A stretch of DNA of 64,000 nt from Hydrogenophaga sp. (lineage in GTDB: Bacteria > Pseudomonadota > Gammaproteobacteria > Burkholderiales > Burkholderiaceae_C), in contig NZ_JAABRQ010000018.1 of NCBI RefSeq assembly GCF_011390835.1, positions 20,255 through 84,254 of the forward strand, given 5' to 3'. The translations under genes and the position numbers were made by a program. The notes beneath the pieces are model-generated. The model ran no database searches. It was not told the origin of the DNA and was given only the letters and a program-made list of their open reading frames with translations. Below are positions 18,478 to 27,315 of the stretch, piece after piece. Each line of letters starts with the position of its first letter. The stretch's first letter is position 1.

Positions 18478-19290
18478 ATGGCCACCGCCAATCCCGACCT
18501 CATCACGCTCTCGGGCGTGGTGGTGGTGGTGCTTGTGAACACGCTGCGCGAACATCAGGCTTGGGCCTGGATGCGGCTGGTGCAAGGCCCCGGGGCGCTC
18601 AAGGACACGCCCGGGCTGATCTTCGCCAAGGTCATGGGCAGCGGTCACGAAGGCGGCTTTGGCCTGCGGCCCAGCGCGACCCACCAGGGTCTTATCACGG
18701 TGTTTGACCACGCCGATCAGGCGCGCGCCTTTCTCGCCAGCCCCCTGGTGAACACCTACCAGGAAAGGGCGGCCGATTTCTGGACCGGTATGCTCGAAGT
18801 GGTCTCGGCCCGCGGCCAATGGGACGGCCAGGCTTGGGGCACCACGCCGGCCACCCAGCTCGGCTCACACGCCTGCGCCGCCAACGACGCCGAGCCACCC
18901 CGACCACTCGCCGCGCTCACCCGCGCCAGCATACGGCCCGCCAAGGCCATGGCCTTCTGGCGCAATGCACCGGCGGCGCAAAACGCCATGCAGCACGCCA
19001 AAGGCTGTTCGCTGGCCGTGGGCTTGGGCGAGGCACCGCTGATCCGGCAGTGCACCTTCAGCCTCTGGGATGACACACCCTCGATGCTGGCCTATGCCCA
19101 CCAGGGCGCGCACCAGGCGGCGATAGAGGCGGCTTACCGCCACCACTACTTTTCCGAATCGATGTTTGTGCGCATGCGCCTGCTGGAGCAGCAGGGGCAG
19201 TGGCCGTCCCCCGCTTCGCAAGCCGCGGCCCAGGCCGCCAGCCCGCCAGAAGGCCCACCACCACCTCTGATGCCAGGGCCTCCTCCATGA
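18478..19290 (+). CDS. crtA: Spheroidene monooxygenase
   Basis: FAKVMGSG..GGF.L.PS, LAALTRASIRP, GLGEAPLIRQCTFSLW, HQAAI, FSESMFVR. Confidence 0.9.
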   Translation: MATANPDLITLSGVVVVVLVNTLREHQAWAWMRLVQGPGALKDTPGLIFAKVMGSGHEGGFGLRPSATHQGLITVFDHADQARAFLASPLVNTYQERAADFWTGMLEVVSARGQWDGQAWGTTPATQLGSHACAANDAEPPRPLAALTRASIRPAKAMAFWRNAPAAQNAMQHAKGCSLAVGLGEAPLIRQCTFSLWDDTPSMLAYAHQGAHQAAIEAAYRHHYFSESMFVRMRLLEQQGQWPSPASQAAAQAASPPEGPPPPLMPGPPP

Positions 19291-20843
19291 CGCAACAACG
19301 GGTGGTTGTGGTCGGTGCGGGCATGGGTGGGCTGGTGTCGGCCTTGCAGCTCGCACACCAGGGCGTGGACGTGACCGTGGTTGACAGCGCGGCCGCACCC
19401 GGCGGCAAGCTGCGCCAGCTGCAGGTTGGCGGCGGCGCTATCGACAGCGGTCCCACGGTGTTCACCATGCGCTGGGTGTTCGACCAGATCCTTGCCTCGG
19501 TCGGCACCTCGCTGGAAGCCGAGCTCACCATCCGACCACTGGAGGTGCTGGCGCGGCACTGGTGGGACGACGGTTCCTCGCTCGACCTTTTTGCAGACCC
19601 GGCGCGATCGTTTGATGCGGTCACGAGTTTTGCCGGGCTCGACGAGGCGCACCGCTTTCGCCGCTTCTGCCTGGAGGCCGCCGAGGTCTACCGCACGCTG
19701 GAGCCGCATTACATCCGAGGACCGGCGCCGGACTTCTGGGGCCTGACGAGGGCGCTCGGCATTGGAGGCCTCAACACGCTCGCCCAGCTCGGTCCGATGC
19801 GCAGCCTCTGGTACACGCTGGGGCGTCATTTCCGCGACCCGCGCATGCGCCAGCTGTTCGGCCGCTACGCCACCTACACCGGCTCCTCCCCCTGGCAGGC
19901 ACCCGCCACGCTGATGCTGATTGCGCAGGTGGAGCTCGATGGCGTGTGGACTATCGATGGCGGCATGCACGCCCTGGCGCGCTGCCTGGAGCGCCTGGCC
20001 ATCGCGCGCGGCGCGCGCTTTCGCTATGGCACGGCTTGCGAAACGATCGAGATGCACAACGGCCACGCCGTGGGCGTGCGGCTGGAGAACGGCGAACGCC
20101 TGAGCGCCGAGGCCGTGGTCTTCAACGGCGACACCGCTGCGCTGCGCAGCGGCCTGCTCGGCGCGCCCGCGAAACGCGCTGTGTCCACCAGCGCCCCACC
20201 TCGCTCACTCTCGGCCATCACCTGGTCGATGCACGCCCCCACGCAGGGCCTCGCGCTCGACCGCCACAACGTGTTTTTCCAGCGCGACTACGCCAGCGAG
20301 TTCACCGACATCTTCCAGCGACACCAGCTGCCGCAAGCGCCCACAGTCTATGTCTGTGCCCAGGACCGCGGCACCGGCCTTGCACCCACAGGGTCCGAGC
20401 GCCTGCTGTGCCTGGTCAACGCCCCCGCCACCGGCGACAGCGACACCCTCACCGCCAAGGACATCGAGACATGCGAGACCAGCAGCTTCAACCTCTTGCA
20501 CCGCTGTGGCCTGACGATCATGCCCGGCCACGAAACGCCGATCCGCACCACCCCGGTGGACTTCCATCGCCTGTTTCCCGCGACGGGCGGGGCACTGTAC
20601 GGCCAGGCCAGCCACGGCTGGATGTCGGCCTTCGCGCGCTCGGGGGCGAGCAGCTCGGTGCCAGGGCTGTTTCTGGCGGGGGGCAGCGTGCACCCGGGGC
20701 CGGGCGTGCCGATGGCGGCGTTGTCAGGCCAGCTGGCGGCCGCGGCCGTGATGGCGAGCCCCGCTTTGACCAGGCGGTGCCCAGCGGCGGTTACCTCTGG
20801 TGGTACATCGACGCCCTCAGCGACGACGGCACGCACGGCCTGA
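19287..20843 (+). CDS. crtD: 1-hydroxycarotenoid 3,4-desaturase
   Basis: VVVVGAGMGGL, IDSGPTVFTM, GGSVHPGPGVPMAALSG. Confidence 0.94.
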   Translation: MTQQRVVVVGAGMGGLVSALQLAHQGVDVTVVDSAAAPGGKLRQLQVGGGAIDSGPTVFTMRWVFDQILASVGTSLEAELTIRPLEVLARHWWDDGSSLDLFADPARSFDAVTSFAGLDEAHRFRRFCLEAAEVYRTLEPHYIRGPAPDFWGLTRALGIGGLNTLAQLGPMRSLWYTLGRHFRDPRMRQLFGRYATYTGSSPWQAPATLMLIAQVELDGVWTIDGGMHALARCLERLAIARGARFRYGTACETIEMHNGHAVGVRLENGERLSAEAVVFNGDTAALRSGLLGAPAKRAVSTSAPPRSLSAITWSMHAPTQGLALDRHNVFFQRDYASEFTDIFQRHQLPQAPTVYVCAQDRGTGLAPTGSERLLCLVNAPATGDSDTLTAKDIETCETSSFNLLHRCGLTIMPGHETPIRTTPVDFHRLFPATGGALYGQASHGWMSAFARSGASSSVPGLFLAGGSVHPGPGVPMAALSGQLAAAAVMASPALTRRCPAAVTSGGTSTPSATTARTA

Positions 20844-21682
20844 GCCTGATCGCCTTCGTCGGCAGCGTCTTCTCCCCCTACTACGCCTGGGCCCGGCGCG
20901 GTGGCGCCGCCACCCGGCCAGACAACCACTGCGCGCTCAACGTCGCGCTCTACAGCCGCCACGCGAGGCGCTGGAGCATGACCGAGCGCGGTGAGCGCCA
21001 CAACCACCGCGAGCGCACTCACTTCAGCATCGGCCCCAGCCAAATGCACTGGAACGGCAGCTCGCTGGACATCCACATCGACGAGGTTGGTGTGCCCATC
21101 CCGCGCCGCATCCAGGGCCGCATCCGCCTCTTTCCCGAGCAACTGTTCAGCTTCAGCACGACGCTCGATGCCGAAGGCCGGCATCGCTGGGGGCCACTCG
21201 CGCCGCAGGCGCGTGTGGAAGTGGAGCTGCGGCACCCGGCTCAGCGCTGGAGCGGATCGGCCTATCTGGACAGCAACGAAGGCGATGAGCCGGTGGAGCG
21301 CGCCTTCACCGAATGGGACTGGTCACGCAGCCGCCTCGCCGACGGCAGCACCGCGGTGTTGTACGACGTAGAGCCCGAGCAAGACCACGGCCGCCTGCTG
21401 GCGCTGCGCTTCCAGCGCGACGGCCAGGTCACGCCTTTCGAAGCGCCGCCGCAGCACGCCCTGCCCCACACCGCCTGGCGCGTCGCGCGCCGACAGCGCA
21501 GCGACTCGCCGCCACAGATCGTCGAGCAGCTGGAAGACACGCCGTTCTACCAGCGCGCCATGCTGCGCCAGCAGCTGCTGGGCGAGACTGTCACCAGCTT
21601 CCACGAAACCCTGCACGTGCCGCGCCTTGTGTCGCCCGTGGTGCAGGCCATGCTGCCCTGGCGCATGCCAAGGCGAGGGTGA
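20471..21682 (+). CDS. crtC: Carotenoid 1,2-hydratase (hydroxyneurosporene synthase); start uncertain (ATG 20471 or GTG 20777)
   Basis: RFDQAVPSGGYLWWYIDALSDDG, FVGSVFSPYY, HCALNVALY, WSMTERG, YLDSNEG, WDWSR, LEDTPFY. Confidence 0.93.
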   Translation: MRDQQLQPLAPLWPDDHARPRNADPHHPGGLPSPVSRDGRGTVRPGQPRLDVGLRALGGEQLGARAVSGGGQRAPGAGRADGGVVRPAGGRGRDGEPRFDQAVPSGGYLWWYIDALSDDGTHGLSLIAFVGSVFSPYYAWARRGGAATRPDNHCALNVALYSRHARRWSMTERGERHNHRERTHFSIGPSQMHWNGSSLDIHIDEVGVPIPRRIQGRIRLFPEQLFSFSTTLDAEGRHRWGPLAPQARVEVELRHPAQRWSGSAYLDSNEGDEPVERAFTEWDWSRSRLADGSTAVLYDVEPEQDHGRLLALRFQRDGQVTPFEAPPQHALPHTAWRVARRQRSDSPPQIVEQLEDTPFYQRAMLRQQLLGETVTSFHETLHVPRLVSPVVQAMLPWRMPRRG

Positions 21683-21707
21683 CGGTGAGTGCGGGACAAT
21701 CGCCTGC

Positions 21708-21929
21708 ATGAACCGCATCCATCCCAAAAAGCTGCTGCTGAGCAAATGGACTGCGGTCGCCCCGTTGCACAAAGACAAACACTTTCTCGTCACCGTGGTG
21801 GTGAAACCCGAACCGCCGGCCGAGGCCATCGAATGGGTGGAGATCGAAGCCGTGATGTCGCGCGCTGTGCACCGCATCGCGTGGCGCGAACTCAAAGACC
21901 CGAATCGCTGGCGCCAGGGCTGGGTGTGA
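21708..21929 (+). CDS. TIGR02450-family Trp-rich protein
   Basis: MNRIHPKKLLLSKWTAV.P..K.KHFLV...W..GW signature. Confidence 0.88.
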   Translation: MNRIHPKKLLLSKWTAVAPLHKDKHFLVTVVVKPEPPAEAIEWVEIEAVMSRAVHRIAWRELKDPNRWRQGWV

Positions 21930-21949
21930 GGTCAGCCACCTGAACGCGG

Positions 21950-22516
21950 TCAGGGCACCAGCCACTCCACGCGCTGAGCATCGAGGCGCGCGCGGCGGTG
22001 CCCGGCGCGCGCCAGTTCCAGCCAGTCCATGGCGATCACCTGGCCGCTCAAAACCGCGATCTGTGGCGTGTCCAGCACGGCCTCATACGCACCGGCCAAG
22101 GCGCTGCCGGGTGCGCGCGCCGCGAGGTAGTCGTTGGCGGAAGGCGACTGCCGCACCCGCTCCCAGGCGGCGCTGGCTTCTTCATCGTTTTGCGACACCT
22201 CAAAGCGCAGCTGCAATCGCAGCTGCCAGTTCAGGCGGGTGCTCCAGCACACCAGACTGGCCACGGGCTGTGCCAGCAGTTCCGCCACCTTGGGGCTGCG
22301 CGCATCGGTGTAAATCAACAACTGCGCTTGCGGCTGGCGCACTTCGCGCAACACCACGGTGCGCGCCTGGGCCAGCCCGTCCAGACCAGTGGTGGCCAGC
22401 ACCGGGGTGCGCCACTCGTGATGACGGTCCACCGCAGCGCGCCGCAGCTCTTGCCAGAGCCGTTGCCGAAGTTCGTCCCCATCGGCGAAGTGTTCGCGCT
22501 CGGGTTCAGCGGCCAT
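21950..22516 (-). CDS. Pyridoxamine 5'-phosphate oxidase-like FMN-binding protein
   Basis: LAT.G.DG..ARTVVLR, YTDARSPKVAEL, W....WQLR motifs. Confidence 0.85.
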   Translation of the reverse strand: MAAEPEREHFADGDELRQRLWQELRRAAVDRHHEWRTPVLATTGLDGLAQARTVVLREVRQPQAQLLIYTDARSPKVAELLAQPVASLVCWSTRLNWQLRLQLRFEVSQNDEEASAAWERVRQSPSANDYLAARAPGSALAGAYEAVLDTPQIAVLSGQVIAMDWLELARAGHRRARLDAQRVEWLVP

Positions 22517-22904
22517 GGGCGCTCGCGCCGAGCCAGCGGTTCAAGCCGCGCTGAATCCAGGGCCGCACCGGCAGGAAGGCGCGGTAAGCGAGCTCGGCCA
22601 GCCAGGACACCGGCGGGACCGCTGACAGCCAGCCCAGCCAGCGCCAGCCGGGCAACTGCCGCCACAGCTGGGAGAAGGCCGCCGCGCCGCTGAACAGCTC
22701 GCCCTGGGCGTCGCGCACATGAAATCGCGCCATGGCCGATCGGCAGTCCAGACCCGCTCCCAGCTCAGCCGACTGGCTCACGTCCACCCAGCCCAGCGCT
22801 TGCGCCGCGGGCATACGACGGTAGAAACCGATCTCGCGCTGGCACAGCGGACAGCTGCCATCGAAGTAGACGGTGAGGGGAAGAGGCGGCTGGGTCGCAG
22901 GCAT
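22506..22904 (-). CDS. DCC1-like thiol-disulfide oxidoreductase (DUF393)
   Basis: VYFDGSCPLCQREI, AMARFHV, GAAAF..LW; start set at MPATQ. Confidence 0.87.
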   Translation of the reverse strand: MPATQPPLPLTVYFDGSCPLCQREIGFYRRMPAAQALGWVDVSQSAELGAGLDCRSAMARFHVRDAQGELFSGAAAFSQLWRQLPGWRWLGWLSAVPPVSWLAELAYRAFLPVRPWIQRGLNRWLGASAHGR

Positions 22905-23017
22905 AAAGGGGATCTTGCCCCATTCCCCAAGACCTTGCCCATGGACAGGCTCCAGCCCATGCACCGCCCTTGACCTCAGCCACTGCGGGGAAAATCCGAT
23001 CGCGGCACGATAGCGCC

Positions 23018-23734
23018 ATGCCCTTTCCAGCCGCCCTTGATCGCCGAACGCTGCCTCTCGCGTTGTTGACCGCCGTCTGCGGCGCTGCCGCCCAACCCGC
23101 CGACCGCGTGACACTGCCCGACTTCGTCATCGACCGCACCGAGGTGACCATCGCCCAGTTCACCCGCTTCGCCGCTGCTACAGGCTTGCGCACGCGGGCC
23201 GAGCGCGAAGGCGGTGGCTTTGAATACGTGGGGGGCTGGCAGCAACGCGCTGGCTGGACCTGGCGCACGCCCGACGGCAGCCCCATCGCCAGCGACCAGC
23301 TGCCGGCGGTTCACCTCACGCACGGCGAGGCACAAGCCTATTGCCAGTGGGCTGGCGGACGACTACCGACGGCGGCCGAGTGGATGAGCGCGGCCTACAC
23401 CGAACAGCGGTCGTCTCCACCGTCACCCTGGCAACGTGGCAAGACCTACGACTACCCCACCGGCGACAGTCCGCAAGGCGCCAACACCAGCGCGCCTGAC
23501 GCTTGGCCCCGCGCAGCGCCAGCAGGCGCCACCGCCGCTGGCGTCAACGGCCTGCTCGACATGGGGGCAAACGCATGGGAATGGGTGAGCGATGCGCGCG
23601 GCGCCGAGCGGCGAACCATGGGTGGTTCCTGGTGGTACGGCGCATCTCAAATGCGCGCCGAGGTCAACGCCTGGAAAGACGCCGACTTCGCCGCGGTCTA
23701 TATCGGCTTTCGCTGCGTCTACCCGAACCGCTGA
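23018..23734 (+). CDS. Formylglycine-generating-enzyme (SUMF1/PvdO)-domain protein, probably exported
   Basis: IDRTEVTIAQF, PAVHLTHGEAQAYC.WAGGRLPT.AEW, GLLDMGANAWEWV, GGSW, IGFRCV; hydrophobic N-terminal signal. Confidence 0.85.
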   Translation: MPFPAALDRRTLPLALLTAVCGAAAQPADRVTLPDFVIDRTEVTIAQFTRFAAATGLRTRAEREGGGFEYVGGWQQRAGWTWRTPDGSPIASDQLPAVHLTHGEAQAYCQWAGGRLPTAAEWMSAAYTEQRSSPPSPWQRGKTYDYPTGDSPQGANTSAPDAWPRAAPAGATAAGVNGLLDMGANAWEWVSDARGAERRTMGGSWWYGASQMRAEVNAWKDADFAAVYIGFRCVYPNR

Positions 23735-23746
23735 GTGGGCGGTGGC

Positions 23747-24856
23747 TCAGTGCGACAGTCGAGGGTGGGCGCGCGGCACGCCTTCGCGCTGCGCCAGCTT
23801 CTGCGCTTCCAGCCGCTCGAACAAATCGAGCATCCAGGCCACCCGGCCGTTGATCGACGCACTGGCCATCGCTTCGCCGTCAGACAGTGCCAGGGCCGAG
23901 GCATGGCAATGCTCCACCAGGTAAGCAATCGCGGCCAGCGGCGGGACCACCGGCGGGCGGCGGCTCACCCAGCCCGATTGCACACCGGCACAGGCCAGCA
24001 GGACCAGCTTGCGTGAGCGCGGCACCACCGCGCGCTGCGCCAGCGGATCGAGTCCGTTGCGCCGCAGCTGCTGCCCGATTTCGGCGTAGACCAGGCGCGC
24101 GGCCAAGATGGCCGAACGGCAGTCTCGCGGCAGCAGCGCGATGCCGCTGCTGGCCTGCGTATAAAGCTGGTCGGCCTCCACCAGCAAGCGATCGACCACG
24201 CTTTGCAGCGCCGGGCTGCAGCCTGGGCGGGCGAGCCACGCATCGGCATCGATGCCGGCGTCGACCAGCCACTGACGCGGAAGATAGAGGCGACCCTTGC
24301 GCGCGTCTTCACCCACATCACGCGCAATGTTGGTCAGCTGCATCGCCACACCCAGCTCACAGGCTCGGGCCAGAGCCTGTGCGCTGCGCACGCCCATGAT
24401 CCAGCACATCATTGCCCCTACGCTGCCGGCCACACGGGCGCCGTAGTCGTGCAGGTCTTCGAGCGTGTCGTAGGCGCGGCCTTGCGCGTCCCAAGCAAAG
24501 CCGTCAAGCAAGGCATCAAGCAGCGGGCGCGGCAGGTCGTGGCGGCGCACCACCTCGGCCAGGGCGCGGTCTTCCAGGTGGTCGAGTGGATCGTTGTCGT
24601 AAATATGGTCCAGCCGCAGGCCGAGCTGGGCCAAGGCCTGATCCAGCCTCAGGTCACCATCGTCGACCAGGTCGTCGGCCACGCGGCAAAACGCATAGAG
24701 CGCAATCGCGGCGCAGCGCACGCGGGGCGGCAGCAGGCGGCTGGCCGCGAAGAAGGTGCGCGAGCCGGTGCGCATCAGCGCCACGCAGGCGGCCAGATCA
24801 TCGGCGCCCGCAGCACGTTGCACAGCGGCTTGTTCCAAAGCGGAGCTCGGCATCAT
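23747..24856 (-). CDS. crtB: Phytoene synthase
   Basis: GSRTFFAAS, YAFCRVADDLVD, ELGVAMQLTNIARDVGEDA..GRLYLP. Confidence 0.95.
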   Translation of the reverse strand: MMPSSALEQAAVQRAAGADDLAACVALMRTGSRTFFAASRLLPPRVRCAAIALYAFCRVADDLVDDGDLRLDQALAQLGLRLDHIYDNDPLDHLEDRALAEVVRRHDLPRPLLDALLDGFAWDAQGRAYDTLEDLHDYGARVAGSVGAMMCWIMGVRSAQALARACELGVAMQLTNIARDVGEDARKGRLYLPRQWLVDAGIDADAWLARPGCSPALQSVVDRLLVEADQLYTQASSGIALLPRDCRSAILAARLVYAEIGQQLRRNGLDPLAQRAVVPRSRKLVLLACAGVQSGWVSRRPPVVPPLAAIAYLVEHCHASALALSDGEAMASASINGRVAWMLDLFERLEAQKLAQREGVPRAHPRLSH

Positions 24857-26439
24857 GCGCCTTGGGCCGCACGGGCCTGGGCATACAACTGGGCGTGGGG
24901 CACCACCGAGTCAAGCGCCTTGGCCGACATAAGCACACCCGGCACACCGGCTCCCGGGTGGGTGCTCGCGCCCACCATGTAAAGGCCGTCCACATCTTCG
25001 CTGCGGTTGTGCGGGCGGAACCAGGCGCTTTGCATCAGCAACGGCTCCAGGCCAAAGGCCGCGCCCTTGAAGGACAGCAGGCGGTCGTGAAAGTCTTGCG
25101 GCGTGCGCACGAAGGAGGCGCTGAGCTGCTGCTCAAACCCAGGCATCACCGTGCGGTCCAGCACCTCGGCCACCGCGCGGCGCATGGGCTCCGCTTGCTC
25201 GGCCCAGTCCGTGCCGCTGTCCAGATGCGTCACCGGTGCCAGCGCGTAATAGGTGTCGTGACCGGGTGGCGCCATGCTGGCGTCGGTCGCTGTGGGGCGG
25301 TGCAGGTAAAGGCTGAAATCAGGTGCCAGCTTATGGCGGCGGAAGATGTCTTTCAGCAGCTCCTTGTAACGCGGTCCGAGCAGCATGGTGTGGTGAGGCA
25401 CGTCGTGGTACTGGCGCTTGGTGCCGAAGTACCAGACGAACAGACTCATGGAATAGCGCCCGCGATCGATGCGGCGGTCGGTCCAGTGGCGGCGGTGCTC
25501 GGGCGCCACGAGGTTGCGGTAGGTCCACGCGGTGTCGCCGTTGGAGATCACGATGTCGGCGGCGATGTGTTCACCGCTGGCCAGGGTGACGCCGCGCGCC
25601 CGGCCGTTTTCAATATCGATGCGCCGCACCTCGGCGTTGCAGCGCAGCGTGCCGCCCTGCCCCTTCAAAAGGCCTGCCAGACCTTGCACCAGCTTGCCGG
25701 TGCCGCCGACCGCCCAATGCACGCCCCACTGGCGTTCCAGCGCGTTGATGAGGCTGTAAATGCAGGTGACCGAAAACGGATTGCCGCCGATCAGCAGGCT
25801 TTGCAGGCTCATCGCGATACGTAGCTTGGGGTGCTTGATATGGCTGGCCACCATGGCGTGCAGACTGCGCCAGCCGCGCATGCGGAAGATCGCGGGGCTG
25901 GCCTTGATGAGGTCGCCTACGGTGTCGAATGCCTTGGCGCCCAGAGCCTCGAAGCCGAGCTTGTAGCAATAGTCAGCCTCTGCCATGAAGCGCTCGTAGC
26001 CCGCCGCATCGCTCGGGCTGATGCGGCGCACCTCGGCGCGCTGCTTGTCCGGATCGCCGCTGTAATTGAAGTGGTCGCCGTCGTCAAAGCGAATGCGGTA
26101 GAACGGATCGAGCGAACGCAACTCGACGTCGTCGCTGCGGCGCTTGCCCGCCAGAGCCCAGAGTTCGTCAAACAGAAACGGCACGGTGATGATGGTCGGG
26201 CCGGCGTCGAACACATGGCCGCCCTGATGGTGCACATAGGCGCGGCCACCGGGCGCATCGAGCTTCTCCAGCACCGTGACCCGCCAGCCCTTGGCAGCCA
26301 GGCGAACCGCTGACGCCAGGCCACCAAAGCCGCTGCCGATGATGACGGCGTGCGGCGTGCCAGGTGGGTGTTGAGGCGACTGGGGAGTGGCCGAGGGAGG
26401 CAATTCCCAGCGGTCTTCTTCGGTGCGAAAAGCGTTCAT
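24853..26439 (-). CDS. crtI: Phytoene desaturase
   Basis: IIGSGFGGL, FDAGPTIIT, AWFRPHN.SE, VGASTHPGAGVPGV. Confidence 0.96.
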   Translation of the reverse strand: MNAFRTEEDRWELPPSATPQSPQHPPGTPHAVIIGSGFGGLASAVRLAAKGWRVTVLEKLDAPGGRAYVHHQGGHVFDAGPTIITVPFLFDELWALAGKRRSDDVELRSLDPFYRIRFDDGDHFNYSGDPDKQRAEVRRISPSDAAGYERFMAEADYCYKLGFEALGAKAFDTVGDLIKASPAIFRMRGWRSLHAMVASHIKHPKLRIAMSLQSLLIGGNPFSVTCIYSLINALERQWGVHWAVGGTGKLVQGLAGLLKGQGGTLRCNAEVRRIDIENGRARGVTLASGEHIAADIVISNGDTAWTYRNLVAPEHRRHWTDRRIDRGRYSMSLFVWYFGTKRQYHDVPHHTMLLGPRYKELLKDIFRRHKLAPDFSLYLHRPTATDASMAPPGHDTYYALAPVTHLDSGTDWAEQAEPMRRAVAEVLDRTVMPGFEQQLSASFVRTPQDFHDRLLSFKGAAFGLEPLLMQSAWFRPHNRSEDVDGLYMVGASTHPGAGVPGVLMSAKALDSVVPHAQLYAQARAAQGA

Positions 26440-26448
26440 GCGAAAGCG

Positions 26449-27300
26449 TCAGTCTGGTTTGATCACCGGGCGGGTGCTGGGTGAGATGACCTGGACTTTT
26501 CCGGCTTTGGTGAACGGTTTGGCGGGCCGCTGCGACATCGCCCAGCCCCAGAGTTTTTGCATGGGTACCGGCAGCACCATGAGCACATGCTCGACGATGG
26601 CCAGCCCCAACAGTGCCGCCAGCAGCACCCAGCCGGTGGTGATGGCCGCGTCACCGCCTGGCACCTGCCAGAGCATCCAGGCCCAGACCCCGCAGGCGCC
26701 GCCCACCGTCACATAAAAAAAAGCGGTAACCGGCCCCCGCTTAAAGTAGGAGCCCAGGTAGACCAGGTGCTTGGGCAGGTACTGTTCGCCAACCTCGGGA
26801 ACGCCCAGGAACAGGTTGAGCTTGGCCGAGGCGCGCATGCACCACAGCAAAGCGAAAGTGCAGATGGCGGTGTGGCTGGGCTGGCCTTGCTGCATCCACC
26901 ACAACAGGCCAAAGTTAGCCAACAAGGCCAGTTCGTGCCACAGCACAGCCTGCAGCGACTGCGCGAGGCGCTTCGCGCCGGTGGCGCCAGCCTGCAGAGG
27001 CAACTTGCGAGGCCCAGCCAGCCAACCAGTGAGAAACGCCAGTTCGTGCCAGCTCCACATGACGATCACGCTGGCGAACGCTAGGTAGGCGTTGGCCACG
27101 GTGTGGGCCTGCATGCTTTGCCAGGTGGTCCAAAAACTGGCTCCCAGCAGTCCGGAGAACGCCAACAGGCTCCAGCGGAAACTGGCCACCGGCCGGCGCA
27201 CCAGCCACAACAGCGCACCCGTGCCGAACCACCAGCACACCAACGCGAACAGCGCGGGTGCAGTGAGTGAGTCGGTGAAATCAGCCAAGGTGTCGATCAT
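26449..27300 (-). CDS. puhE: Photosynthetic complex assembly protein PuhE
   Basis: WWFGTG, WHELAFLTG..GP, LWHEL, RASAKLNLFLGVP, LAIVEH. Confidence 0.92.
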   Translation of the reverse strand: MIDTLADFTDSLTAPALFALVCWWFGTGALLWLVRRPVASFRWSLLAFSGLLGASFWTTWQSMQAHTVANAYLAFASVIVMWSWHELAFLTGWLAGPRKLPLQAGATGAKRLAQSLQAVLWHELALLANFGLLWWMQQGQPSHTAICTFALLWCMRASAKLNLFLGVPEVGEQYLPKHLVYLGSYFKRGPVTAFFYVTVGGACGVWAWMLWQVPGGDAAITTGWVLLAALLGLAIVEHVLMVLPVPMQKLWGWAMSQRPAKPFTKAGKVQVISPSTRPVIKPD

Positions 27301-27315
27301 TTCAAACGCTCAGGC

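Noticed and set aside
19946-20470. Further upstream extension of the CrtC-frame ORF (578 aa)
   Set aside because: Arg/Pro-rich alternate-frame read of crtD that would imply an implausible 900-bp overlap.
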